A DNA stretch of 64,000 nucleotides from Candidatus Saccharimonadales bacterium (lineage in GTDB: Bacteria > Patescibacteriota > Saccharimonadia > Saccharimonadales > EFPC-124). The notes below the pieces were generated by a model that saw only the letters and a program-made list of their open reading frames with translations, did no database searches and was not told the origin of the DNA. The stretch spans positions 125,183-189,182 of the forward strand of contig DATEFB010000002.1 of the NCBI GenBank assembly GCA_035280845.1, given 5' to 3'. The translations under genes and the position numbers were made by a program. This document shows positions 53,305-62,169 of this stretch, piece by piece; the first letter of the stretch is position 1, and every line of letters begins with the position of its first letter.

Positions 53305-54399
53305 ATGGCAAAACGCGATTATTACGAAATATTGGGAATCTCTAAATCCGCAAGCGCGGACGAGATTAAAAAAGCTTTTCGTAAGCTTGCCGTAAAGCAC
53401 CACCCCGACAAAGAGGGCGGTGACGAGACCAAGTTTAAAGAGGCGAACGAGGCCTACGAAGTCTTAAAAGATCAGCAAAAGCGCCAACGCTACGACCAGT
53501 TTGGTCATGCCGGCGTGGGCGGCGCGGCTGGTGGTGCTGGCGGTAGTCCGTTTGAAGGATTCCAGGGATTCGGTGGCCAAGGCCAGAACGTTAATTTTGA
53601 CCTCGGTGATATTTTTGGCAGCTTTTTCGGTGGGAACGGCGGCCAACAGCAATCGCGCCGTGGCCAAGACATTGCCGTAGAAGTCGCGCTTGATTTTGAT
53701 GAAGCCGTTTTTGGTATTGAAAAAGAAATCGCGCTCAACCTGGAAGACTCCTGCAAACACTGTAAAGGTGATGGCGCCGAGCCTGGCCACAGCCTAAAGA
53801 CCTGCCCAACCTGCAAAGGCAGCGGCCAGGTGAACCGTGGCATCAATACGATCTTCGGGCAGATCAACCAGGCTATGACCTGCGAGGCCTGTCACGGCCG
53901 TGGCAAAGTGCCCGAGAAGCCATGTAGCGTCTGCCATGGCCGCGGTGTAGAGCGTCAGCGCCAAACCATGAAGCTTAAGATTCCAGCCGGCATAGATGAC
54001 GGTGCGACGCTGCGTGTTGCTGGTCGCGGTGAAGCCGTGCAGGGTGGCAGCAAGGGCGACCTATATGTGAACATTCGCGTAAAACCACACAAAAAGTTCA
54101 CCCGCGAAGGCACGCTCATCCTTTCTACCGAGGATGTAGATATGGTAACGGCTGCGCTTGGCGGCGAGATTGAAGTCGATACCGTCGATGGTACGCTCAC
54201 TATGAAGGTCCCAGCCGGTACTCAGAGTGGCACTGACTTTAAGCTGGGTGCACATGGTGTGCCAAACCTTCGCACAGGCAGCCGCGGCGCTCATATTGTA
54301 ACCATTCATGTGGCTACGCCTACAAAACTCACAAAGAAACAAAAGGAACTGCTCGAGCAGTTCCGTAGCGGTAGCAAAAAAGGCCTATTCGGCCTGTAA
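53305..54399 (+). CDS. dnaJ: molecular chaperone DnaJ
   Basis: J domain with HPD (KHHPDK), G/F-rich region, four CxxCxGxG zinc-finger repeats. Confidence 0.95.
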   Translation: MAKRDYYEILGISKSASADEIKKAFRKLAVKHHPDKEGGDETKFKEANEAYEVLKDQQKRQRYDQFGHAGVGGAAGGAGGSPFEGFQGFGGQGQNVNFDLGDIFGSFFGGNGGQQQSRRGQDIAVEVALDFDEAVFGIEKEIALNLEDSCKHCKGDGAEPGHSLKTCPTCKGSGQVNRGINTIFGQINQAMTCEACHGRGKVPEKPCSVCHGRGVERQRQTMKLKIPAGIDDGATLRVAGRGEAVQGGSKGDLYVNIRVKPHKKFTREGTLILSTEDVDMVTAALGGEIEVDTVDGTLTMKVPAGTQSGTDFKLGAHGVPNLRTGSRGAHIVTIHVATPTKLTKKQKELLEQFRSGSKKGLFGL

Positions 54400-55848
54400 T
54401 TAGGCGGCGCTTGGCACGGCAAACCTGCCGGCAATCTTGGTCTCGTACAGTCGGCGGCCATATGTGGTTTGCTGGGCGTCGCTGTAAGCGAACTTACCAC
54501 TCATCACAAAGTCGAGTGCTTCTGGGTTATGCCGGTTGGCCTCCAGCCAGGCAACAGCGTGCTTTTGTCCGTGGGCGTATTTTAGACCATCTGTGTTAAT
54601 TGCCTGGTGTAACGTGCCGTCAATAACGACCGAAGGCATGCCCCGCACCAAGCGGCTTGTGTTGGAGAGTCCAATCTGTTTTCCTCGCACCTCGGTGTTA
54701 TTGGGGTTCATAAGTGCCAAATCGGTAATGACGTCCTGTAGCTTATCTGGAGGCATTTTTTGCCCGGTCTTAAGCGAGTCCAACCCCAGGCCTACACCCA
54801 TGTAGTACGCAATCCCGGTATCGTAAAACTTCTGGCTAACGCTCAGCGTCGATTCCAGGGCGGTTAGCAGGGATTCTTCATCGGCACTCCGCCCTGGGAG
54901 CGATGTGGCATAGAAGACGTCGCCCGTTTTATCGCCAAGCAGGTTACGGAGTAAGTGGCCGCCAAGCTCATGCACAAGCAGTTGTTCGGCTTTTAGACGC
55001 GGGATGTCGGCATATGCTTCCGGGATCCAGATGACTTTTGCTTCCATATCAACGTTTACGTTCGTCCGGCCAAACTGTACTGTCCATTCGTTGGCATTAT
55101 CGAGCCCCCACTTGTCGGCCATTATGCCCTTCGCCGACTCGAACAGATCTTTTAATTCGGAGCGGTTGTAGGTTAGCTTGTCTTCTGGTACAAGCGCCAG
55201 GAAGTCGGCGTATTTTTTGCGGACGTAGGGCGCGTAGGCCTCGAGTAGTTCGGCTGATGGGTCGTAGATGTGTTCGCCCGCCCATGTGTCGTCAACATCT
55301 GGTAGGCTTTCAAGCAAACGAGTGGCGGCATCTTTGCGGAAGTCTGGAGTGCCATCCTCGGCAAGGGTGGCGTGTGCTTTACGGCGCACGCGGGCGATCA
55401 TGGCACGCAGATGGTCAGGGTCTATCTTGCCATCGAACCGTTCGTGCAGGGCGTTCAGCTGGTCAATATCTTCGATTATCGCCCCTTTTAGTTCTGGGGA
55501 TTGCTCGTTTATATCGATATCCAATGATTCCATTTTGGCCATAAGTCCCGATAGTTCGTGCGCGCGGTGCAGGCTGTCTACGGTTGCAAAACGCGCGCCC
55601 ATTGCGCCAATATACACAAGGCGCTGGAGGTTGTCGCGGCCCATTTCTTGGCCCGAAAGCTGCACGGTATCAATGATGCTCTCGAACCGCTCCTTGGCAG
55701 CCGCATCATCAAGATGAGGTGGTACATTATGCGATGCTATGCGCGGCTCGTTATTCGGCCCCGGTGTTGTTAGGACGCCGGGTAAATATTTAGAAGCAGT
55801 CAGTCGGCTTGCCGGCGATGCGTCCCATTGTGCGAGAGTTTCTTTCAT
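54400..55848 (-). CDS. DUF1704/MATCAP-like putative metallocarboxypeptidase (HExxxH)
   Basis: VHELGGHLLRN (H-E-x-x-x-H) followed by GRSADEESLLTALES, which resembles the QEGLA-motif region of that family. The ATG at 55848 is preferred. Confidence 0.55.
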   Translation of the reverse strand: MKETLAQWDASPASRLTASKYLPGVLTTPGPNNEPRIASHNVPPHLDDAAAKERFESIIDTVQLSGQEMGRDNLQRLVYIGAMGARFATVDSLHRAHELSGLMAKMESLDIDINEQSPELKGAIIEDIDQLNALHERFDGKIDPDHLRAMIARVRRKAHATLAEDGTPDFRKDAATRLLESLPDVDDTWAGEHIYDPSAELLEAYAPYVRKKYADFLALVPEDKLTYNRSELKDLFESAKGIMADKWGLDNANEWTVQFGRTNVNVDMEAKVIWIPEAYADIPRLKAEQLLVHELGGHLLRNLLGDKTGDVFYATSLPGRSADEESLLTALESTLSVSQKFYDTGIAYYMGVGLGLDSLKTGQKMPPDKLQDVITDLALMNPNNTEVRGKQIGLSNTSRLVRGMPSVVIDGTLHQAINTDGLKYAHGQKHAVAWLEANRHNPEALDFVMSGKFAYSDAQQTTYGRRLYETKIAGRFAVPSAA

Positions 55849-55878
55849 GAGTGACTTTATTCTACTATAGTATCTCTT

Positions 55879-56817
55879 ATGAGATATATAGGCAGCACCA
55901 CCCGTTCGATGCCGGCTGAGGTTGATTTGGCAACACTTTCTGCCGACGAGGTGCAATTCCGCACCGCCCGTTTTGAGCTAATGGCCAGAATAAACGACAT
56001 GGGCCACTATGGCTGCATTGTATTTGCCGATTCGTACAAAGGTGGCGGCGTGTTTGCTGAGCACTTGTATCCCGCAGATGCCAAAACCCTGCGCCTGGAG
56101 CAGCGTGGCGAAATAACCCTGGATGCGCTATACGATAAGACAAAACTGTACCCAGCCGACCTGCCGCACATTACCGACAAAGATGTTGGCGCTATTTGTA
56201 ATGATAAGGCCCGTACTCACGAGGTCGCTGGCGATTTGCAGCCGCAGACTCGCATTATTGCTTCGCGCGATGAACTTGCCACGCTGCATGAGCTGGACAA
56301 TGGCTCAGGCATGGTCGCCCTAAAATCATTCAGCGGTTTTGGGGGTGAAGAGGTGTGGATTGGCAAGATCTCTGAGCTGGGCCAACACGTCACCCTGCCG
56401 GAGTTTCCGTTACTTGCGCAAGAATTCATTGAATCCGACAAGGGTGTGCCAGGCCTAACCGATGGCCGGCACGATGTACGGATCTTAATGCTTAACGGCA
56501 CCGCGCTCGGCGGTTCTATTCGTACACCCCAGCCTGGCGGTTTGCTTAGCAATACGCACCAGGGTGGCACTATGCGGATGCTGGCGCTGGCTGAGCTGCC
56601 AAAAGAGCTATTGGTGTTCGCGGCCCAAGTCGACAGCCGCCTGCCACAGAAGCCCCGGCTCTACGCTGCCGATTTTATGTACTCCGCGCCACTTGGAAGG
56701 TGGTTTCTAATTGAGCTGAACGGAAGCCCGGGTGCGCTCCCCAGTACGTTTACACCGGTTGGCCCAGTCTTCCAGCAGGAACTTGCCAAGAGCCTGCTTA
56801 CGCTTGCGGGCGAGTAA
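55879..56817 (+). CDS. ATP-grasp ligase (RimK / glutathione-synthetase-like)
   Basis: MVALKSFSGFGGEEVWIG, LAQEFIES, DVRILMLNG, NTHQGG, FLIELNGSPG. Confidence 0.7.
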   Translation: MRYIGSTTRSMPAEVDLATLSADEVQFRTARFELMARINDMGHYGCIVFADSYKGGGVFAEHLYPADAKTLRLEQRGEITLDALYDKTKLYPADLPHITDKDVGAICNDKARTHEVAGDLQPQTRIIASRDELATLHELDNGSGMVALKSFSGFGGEEVWIGKISELGQHVTLPEFPLLAQEFIESDKGVPGLTDGRHDVRILMLNGTALGGSIRTPQPGGLLSNTHQGGTMRMLALAELPKELLVFAAQVDSRLPQKPRLYAADFMYSAPLGRWFLIELNGSPGALPSTFTPVGPVFQQELAKSLLTLAGE

Positions 56818-58075
56818 TAACTTTTACTGTAGATTCAATTGTCGCGACTGTTTCATCGAAGTTTTTTTGGTCGTCGGCTACCACATAAAATTCAACGATA
56901 AGCTTGCCGCCATGCTTTGCATGCAATGCAATATCGCCCGGCTTAGCGCGAAAATGCAGGTGCTTTATATACGGGCTTTGCTGTAGGAATTCCAGCCCGG
57001 CCAGTTCTACAAATTCGCCCTCTGATTCCGGATACAAACTGTATGCTGCGCAGTATTTTTGGAGCACAGCAGGTATTGTGGGTGCTAGGCCAAAGTGAAT
57101 CAACAGGTCGTTTGCGTAGTGGTGAATACCGTATGCCATCTGGTACATGCGGTGTCGGTAGCGACCAATTCGCGGCCCGAGCTCTATGACCTTCCAGCCC
57201 TGTGTAGTAAGCACTAGTTCAATATGGGCCGAAGAATGGGTGAGTCCCACGGCATCCACGGCTTTGGTGGCCGCCGACTGCATAGCGTCGTGTTGCGCGG
57301 CGGTAAGGCTGGTCGGAACAAAGCGTTTGTACAACGAGAAGTCATCGACGCCACGTTGTTTTACAGGTATGTACCCCACGGGCGGGCATAAAAAGACCTG
57401 GCCGCGCTCCATCACATAAGCATCGGTCGAGTAGAAGTCGCCCTCTAAATATTCTTCTACAAGCACCCGTGGAGAAATTGCCCGCTTTTGGTCACGGTAA
57501 ACATCGTGAATATGCGCGAAGATTTTTGTGAGCGCTGCGGCAAGTTCGGCGCGCGAGGTGCATGACTGGATCAGCAGGCTCGAGGCCAGTCCGGCCGGTT
57601 TAATAATGACGGGGTAGGGTATGGTTTGCTCGATGTGTAGCTGCGTTGCCTCTGACGCGTTGGTGACCTCCAGGAAAGCCGGGGTTATTTCGGGCCATAC
57701 GGCACGGAAGGCTTCACGCATGGCCTGCTTGTCTGTGCTTGTGGCTAAAGCCTCAGGGGTGGCTGTGCGAATGTGCGGCGGTAAAAAGGGGATGATCCGA
57801 CGCAGGTATTGTACGTTTGTTTCGCCGGTAGAGAAGACGGCGACAATATTCTGAGTGTATGGCGCCAGGGTTTGCTGAATCTCGGCGTCAGAGCCAAAGG
57901 TGCAAGGCAGGATGGTGATAGGTCGCCCAAGCGCGCGTACGGCAGTGGGGTTAGACGTTATGATGAGCGGTTCGGCATGCTCGTACCCAGGGACGCGCTG
58001 GAAGGTTTCCCAAGTATTTAATAGTGCAAGGAGTGCACGCTCAATAAACAGGACATATTTTTTTGGTTGTGACAC
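56798..58075 (-). CDS. ATP-grasp carboxylate-amine ligase (L-amino-acid-ligase-like), paralogue 1
   Basis: YPVIIKPAGLASSLL, VLVEEYLEGDFYSTDAYV, HIELVLTTQGWKVIELGPRIGRYR. Confidence 0.75.
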   Translation of the reverse strand: MSQPKKYVLFIERALLALLNTWETFQRVPGYEHAEPLIITSNPTAVRALGRPITILPCTFGSDAEIQQTLAPYTQNIVAVFSTGETNVQYLRRIIPFLPPHIRTATPEALATSTDKQAMREAFRAVWPEITPAFLEVTNASEATQLHIEQTIPYPVIIKPAGLASSLLIQSCTSRAELAAALTKIFAHIHDVYRDQKRAISPRVLVEEYLEGDFYSTDAYVMERGQVFLCPPVGYIPVKQRGVDDFSLYKRFVPTSLTAAQHDAMQSAATKAVDAVGLTHSSAHIELVLTTQGWKVIELGPRIGRYRHRMYQMAYGIHHYANDLLIHFGLAPTIPAVLQKYCAAYSLYPESEGEFVELAGLEFLQQSPYIKHLHFRAKPGDIALHAKHGGKLIVEFYVVADDQKNFDETVATIESTVKVITRPQA

Positions 58076-58099
58076 GGGGTAATGGTAGCAGAGCGGATG

Positions 58100-59332
58100 T
58101 TAGTCGGCAACAGTAGCCGCGTAGACGTTGTCGTTCACCCATTGCAGGTCGCGGTCGAACTGCGCTTTGTCGGCGTTATGGAGAATGATAATCGCACACA
58201 TTTTGTAGCCGTCTGCTGCTTTGCCGACATACTGGCCGGGCATCGCTTTGACGCTGTAATAGTTAAGCGACGGCAGGTCTTTTAGTGCGTCCTCGTTAGT
58301 GATCCCTGTAAATGTGCCGGGTGTTTTGGGCAGCAACTCAAGCGTGGCGCACGAGTCGTTCCGGGTAGCACGAAGCTCTACAGGTTTGCCTAGGGTGAGG
58401 TTGAGAGCGTTGCCAGTGATATCGATGCCGTTTGCGATGCCGTGCATACGTTCGCGGTAACCGCCATTCCGTGCGCCAATTTCGATGATTCGGGGCCCTT
58501 TTTTGGTCATGATAATTTCAACATGAGATGGTGCACTTGTGATACCGAGCGCTTTAATGCCCACGGCTGCCACATGGCGCAGTGCAGCTTGATCATCCTT
58601 GCTAAGCTTGCTTGGCAGCAGGCGGCTATAGGTAAAGTTATCATCAAACCCAATGTCAAACCCGGTTTCGTAGTCAATTACCTGTTTGAGCACATGTGGC
58701 TCGCCGTCTTGTCCCGTAAAAGCGTCAACTGAATGAGTGCTGCCATCTAAGAATTCTTCTACGAGCAGGCTTGGGCTGCGCGATGGTGAGTATTTTTGGT
58801 ATACGCTTACAATCTGATCCATTGTACGGCGGTAGTTGGCTAGTAATTCATCAAGATTGTGGTTCTTGGTTACAAGCAAGCTTTTTGCCAGGTTGGCTGG
58901 TTTGAGCATAAGGGGGAACTCGTGGGACGCGGCAAACGTGCGCAGCGTCTCTTCGTTTTTAACGATGGCGAAATCCGGGCTGACGGGTTCGGGCGCTTCT
59001 GCAAATAGGCTGCGCATCAGGAATTTGTCGGTGCAGGCTTCGGCGCTGGCGGGACTTATCCCGGGCAGGCCAAGGTCACTGGCAATCCAGCTGGCTGGCA
59101 GGATGTAGTTTTCGTAGGTAGCTATAACAGCGTCAATCGGCTCAGTAATACCGTGCACCACCTTAAGGATTGACTCGCGGCTACTAAAGTCACAGACAAC
59201 CCGGCGCTTGAGTTTTTTATCTGGGAATTTGGTTCGATTAATATCTTTAAGTACTATATAGTCATAGCCCTTCTCCGATAGGTAATCGGTGAGGGTAGAG
59301 AAGTTTTGTCCGACAATAAGAATACGTTTCAT
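58100..59332 (-). CDS. ATP-grasp carboxylate-amine ligase (L-amino-acid-ligase-like), paralogue 2
   Basis: FPLMLKPANLAKSLL, LLVEEFLDGSTHSVDAF, HVEIIMTKKGPRIIEIGARNGGYR. Collinear with the adjacent 425-aa protein. Confidence 0.75.
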   Translation of the reverse strand: MKRILIVGQNFSTLTDYLSEKGYDYIVLKDINRTKFPDKKLKRRVVCDFSSRESILKVVHGITEPIDAVIATYENYILPASWIASDLGLPGISPASAEACTDKFLMRSLFAEAPEPVSPDFAIVKNEETLRTFAASHEFPLMLKPANLAKSLLVTKNHNLDELLANYRRTMDQIVSVYQKYSPSRSPSLLVEEFLDGSTHSVDAFTGQDGEPHVLKQVIDYETGFDIGFDDNFTYSRLLPSKLSKDDQAALRHVAAVGIKALGITSAPSHVEIIMTKKGPRIIEIGARNGGYRERMHGIANGIDITGNALNLTLGKPVELRATRNDSCATLELLPKTPGTFTGITNEDALKDLPSLNYYSVKAMPGQYVGKAADGYKMCAIIILHNADKAQFDRDLQWVNDNVYAATVAD

Positions 59333-59367
59333 TAGTTAACCCTAGATATGCTAGTATAGGTCAGATT

Positions 59368-59877
59368 ATGGCACGAAGAGTAGATTTTCACAAAGTTGTT
59401 ATTGGCCGCTCAGAGACAGTCACTTTTGTTGACAGCGATATTGCGAATGTCCCAGCCAAAACCGACACTGGGGCGTACCGCTCGGCTATTCATGCGTCGA
59501 ACATCGAAATAAAAGACGGTGTGCTTCATTTTGAGCTGCTTGGCGGCCATCCCGTATGTGGCGCCATGAGCAAACACATGCAGGTGAGTGATTTTTCTGA
59601 AGCCTGGGTGGCCAACTCTTTTGGTCACCGTGAACAGCGCTACGAAGTGAAGCTTAAGGTAAAGCTCGGGCCAAAGATTTTTATTGCACGATTTACCCTT
59701 GCGGACCGATCGAAAAAGATTTACCCTATCCTACTCGGACGCAAGCTACTGAATAACCGTTTTCTGGTAGACAGCGCCGAGACAAGCCTTGACCGTGTCA
59801 CGCTTAAAAAGCAGTACGGCATAGAATTTCCTAATGACGAAGAGGAGGGGCGTGATGAAAATAGCGATTCTGTCTAA
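59368..59877 (+). CDS. RimB-like retropepsin-type protease (PF05618 'ATP-dependent zinc protease' family)
   Basis: PAKTDTGAYRSAIHA matches the family AK-DTGA-SxxHA core. Lies immediately upstream of rimK and overlaps it. Confidence 0.7.
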   Translation: MARRVDFHKVVIGRSETVTFVDSDIANVPAKTDTGAYRSAIHASNIEIKDGVLHFELLGGHPVCGAMSKHMQVSDFSEAWVANSFGHREQRYEVKLKVKLGPKIFIARFTLADRSKKIYPILLGRKLLNNRFLVDSAETSLDRVTLKKQYGIEFPNDEEEGRDENSDSV

Positions 59878-60760
59878 GGGTCCCGGCAACTACACAACCA
59901 AGCGTTTGAAAGAAGAAGCCAAAAAACGCGGGCATGATGTCCGCGTTGTTAGCTACACAAAATGTTATGTAACAGTAGAGGCGAGCAGGCCTGTGGTGCG
60001 GTACGAGGGTGTTGACCTCGAGTCATTCGATGCGATTATTCCGCGCATTGCACAGTCGTACACCCGGTACGGCTCGGCTATTGTGCGTCAGTTCGAGATG
60101 CAGGGCGTCTATACGACTGCCAGTTCGATTGCGATTACACGGTCGCGCGACAAATTGCGCTCATACCAGCTGTTGGCGCGTGCCGGGGTAGGTATTCCAA
60201 AGACGCTGTTCGCCATGGAGACCGCCAGTTTCGATGACTTAATCGAGCAGGCTGGTGGCGCACCACTTATTATTAAGGTCGCTCGTGGTACGCATGGCAA
60301 TGGTGTTGTGCTTGCCGAAACAGGCAAAGCCGCCAAAGCGGTAATGCAGGCCTTTTATGTAGAGAACGTGAGCTTTTTGGTACAGGAATTCGTAAAAGAA
60401 TCGGCGGGCACCGATATTCGTGCACTCGTTGTAGGCAGTAAAGTTGTTGCCAGCATTCAGCGCCAAAGCCTCGATGAAGACTTTCGCTCCAATACCCACC
60501 AAGGTGGCGTTGGCAAGGCGGTTAAGCTAACTGATGAAGAGCGCCACACCGCAATTAAAGCGGCCAAAGCTATGGGCCTGCCCGTGTGCGCCGTAGACAT
60601 GATGCGTTCGGACAAGGGGCCTTTGGTGCTCGAGGTAAACTCATCTGGCAGCATTAAGACGCCAGAAATGGTTACGGGCCGCAATGTTGCCGAAAAGATT
60701 ATCGAATACATTGAGCTCAACGCCAAACGGACGCCAAAAAAAGACCGCGTCGGCGCTTAG
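59855..60760 (+). CDS. rimK: ribosomal protein S6--L-glutamate ligase RimK
   Basis: MKIAILSKGPGNYTTKRLKEEAKKRGH closely resembles E. coli RimK. ATP-grasp motifs are present. The ATG at 59855 follows GAGGAGGGG. Confidence 0.9.
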   Translation: MKIAILSKGPGNYTTKRLKEEAKKRGHDVRVVSYTKCYVTVEASRPVVRYEGVDLESFDAIIPRIAQSYTRYGSAIVRQFEMQGVYTTASSIAITRSRDKLRSYQLLARAGVGIPKTLFAMETASFDDLIEQAGGAPLIIKVARGTHGNGVVLAETGKAAKAVMQAFYVENVSFLVQEFVKESAGTDIRALVVGSKVVASIQRQSLDEDFRSNTHQGGVGKAVKLTDEERHTAIKAAKAMGLPVCAVDMMRSDKGPLVLEVNSSGSIKTPEMVTGRNVAEKIIEYIELNAKRTPKKDRVGA

Positions 60761-60775
60761 TGCTAGAATAAAAGC

Positions 60776-61267
60776 ATGGGCTCTTTCATTGCGACGGTTA
60801 TACTGTTTGCGGCATTATTTTTTGTCAGTTTCATAACCAAACGCCGCTTTGGAATGCTTGGGCTTGCGCTCTCTGCAGGTGCCTTGCTGAGCATTCACTG
60901 GGCGGGTACGCTGACGCCGTGGCTTGAGGGCCAGGGGATACGCTTGGTTACGCCACCACTGTCGGCGATGGTCCAGATTATTTTAGTGCTAACGCCCGCC
61001 ACGCTTTTGCTTTTTAACGGTCCAACGCATAATAAAATGATTCCTCGCGTTGCCGGGTCGCTTGCCTTCGCTGTGCTTGCCATGGTGTACATGACCGACA
61101 TTCTGGCGAATATTCTGGTGCTCAATGGGCCCAGCGCCTCTCTATTTCAGTTTTTGCACGACAATAAGAGCCTGTTTGTAGTCGGTGGAATTGTTGCATC
61201 AGTGACCGATATTCTTATGACGCGCAAGCCCAAACCCTCGAAAGAGGGCAAAAAAGGCTCGCATTGA
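60776..61267 (+). CDS. hypothetical multi-TM membrane protein
   Basis: 163 aa with about five hydrophobic helices and a K-rich tail. Follows rimK by 15 nt. Confidence 0.55.
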   Translation: MGSFIATVILFAALFFVSFITKRRFGMLGLALSAGALLSIHWAGTLTPWLEGQGIRLVTPPLSAMVQIILVLTPATLLLFNGPTHNKMIPRVAGSLAFAVLAMVYMTDILANILVLNGPSASLFQFLHDNKSLFVVGGIVASVTDILMTRKPKPSKEGKKGSH

Positions 61268-61340
61268 CAATAACAGATTAAATCGCTACTATATTGTTGC
61301 CGCTGGTGCATTTTTTGTTTACAAAAGTGCCCCAGGTTAT

Positions 61341-61417
61341 GGGCCCATAGCTCAGCCGGTTAGAGCACCTGCCTTTTAAGCAGGGTGTCCTGGGTTCGAG
61401 TCCCAGTGGGCCCTCCA
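61341..61417 (+). tRNA. tRNA-Lys (anticodon TTT), CCA encoded
   Basis: Acceptor GGGCCCA/TGGGCCC, anticodon loop CTTTTAA, T-loop TTCGAGT. All stems pair perfectly. Confidence 0.92.
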
Positions 61418-61431
61418 AGATTATTCTCCAG

Positions 61432-61454
61432 AAAGCACCTTCGGGTGCTTTTTT
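61432..61454 (+). terminator. intrinsic terminator after tRNA-Lys
   Basis: AAAGCACC-TTCG-GGTGCTTT stem-loop, then a T-run. Confidence 0.65.
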
Positions 61455-61482
61455 GGTGGTGGCATATGGGTCGGCCTGGGAT

Positions 61483-62094
61483 CTAACGGACCGTGGCTTC
61501 CTGTATATCCCAGCCGCCAAAGATGCGAGGGCGAAGCAGGACCAGGCGGGCAAAGACGGTATGGGTGTGCAGGGCAACCCCTTGAAATGCCAGTGCACAC
61601 AAAAGAAGGAGCGCGGTGGCGGGCCAGTCCCGGGGTATGTTTTCCAGAGCCAGGCGGACCAGGAGGGTCGTAAATGGTACCAGCAAACTCACAAAGAACG
61701 TGATATATATGCCCCACCCCGCAAGGGCAAGGAGGCGCACCAACAGCTTGGCGAGCGTTTCCCGCAGGGAGGGCGCGTCTAGGTGGTGCGGCCGGCTGAA
61801 CCATTGCAACAGCTCAAATATAATGAACCCGATACCAGCGCCTGTGGTTAATAGCATCAGGTAATACATGACAGGGCTTGACGAGATTGAGCGCAGTAGT
61901 ATAAATGCGTCCGGCGCCGAAACGAGCGCCGTCGCTATGCCACGGTGGCCAAAAAGCACATCGTAAAAGAGTTGTGCGTTTGTTATATATGACCACGCGG
62001 CGCCGCCAACCATCACCGTTGCTACGGCAATAACCAGCGCTCCACTGAGACTGGACGGCATTAATAGCAGGCGCATTACAGAGGACCGCGACAT
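61483..62094 (-). CDS. hypothetical multi-TM membrane protein
   Basis: 203 aa with about five hydrophobic helices. No family recognised. Confidence 0.55.
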   Translation of the reverse strand: MSRSSVMRLLLMPSSLSGALVIAVATVMVGGAAWSYITNAQLFYDVLFGHRGIATALVSAPDAFILLRSISSSPVMYYLMLLTTGAGIGFIIFELLQWFSRPHHLDAPSLRETLAKLLVRLLALAGWGIYITFFVSLLVPFTTLLVRLALENIPRDWPATALLLLCALAFQGVALHTHTVFARLVLLRPRIFGGWDIQEATVR

Positions 62095-62169
62095 CGTTTA
62101 TTTCATAGTAGATTACACAGCAAATATAGTCTATAGTTCAATTTGAAGCATAAACAATTTTAAAAGGCT

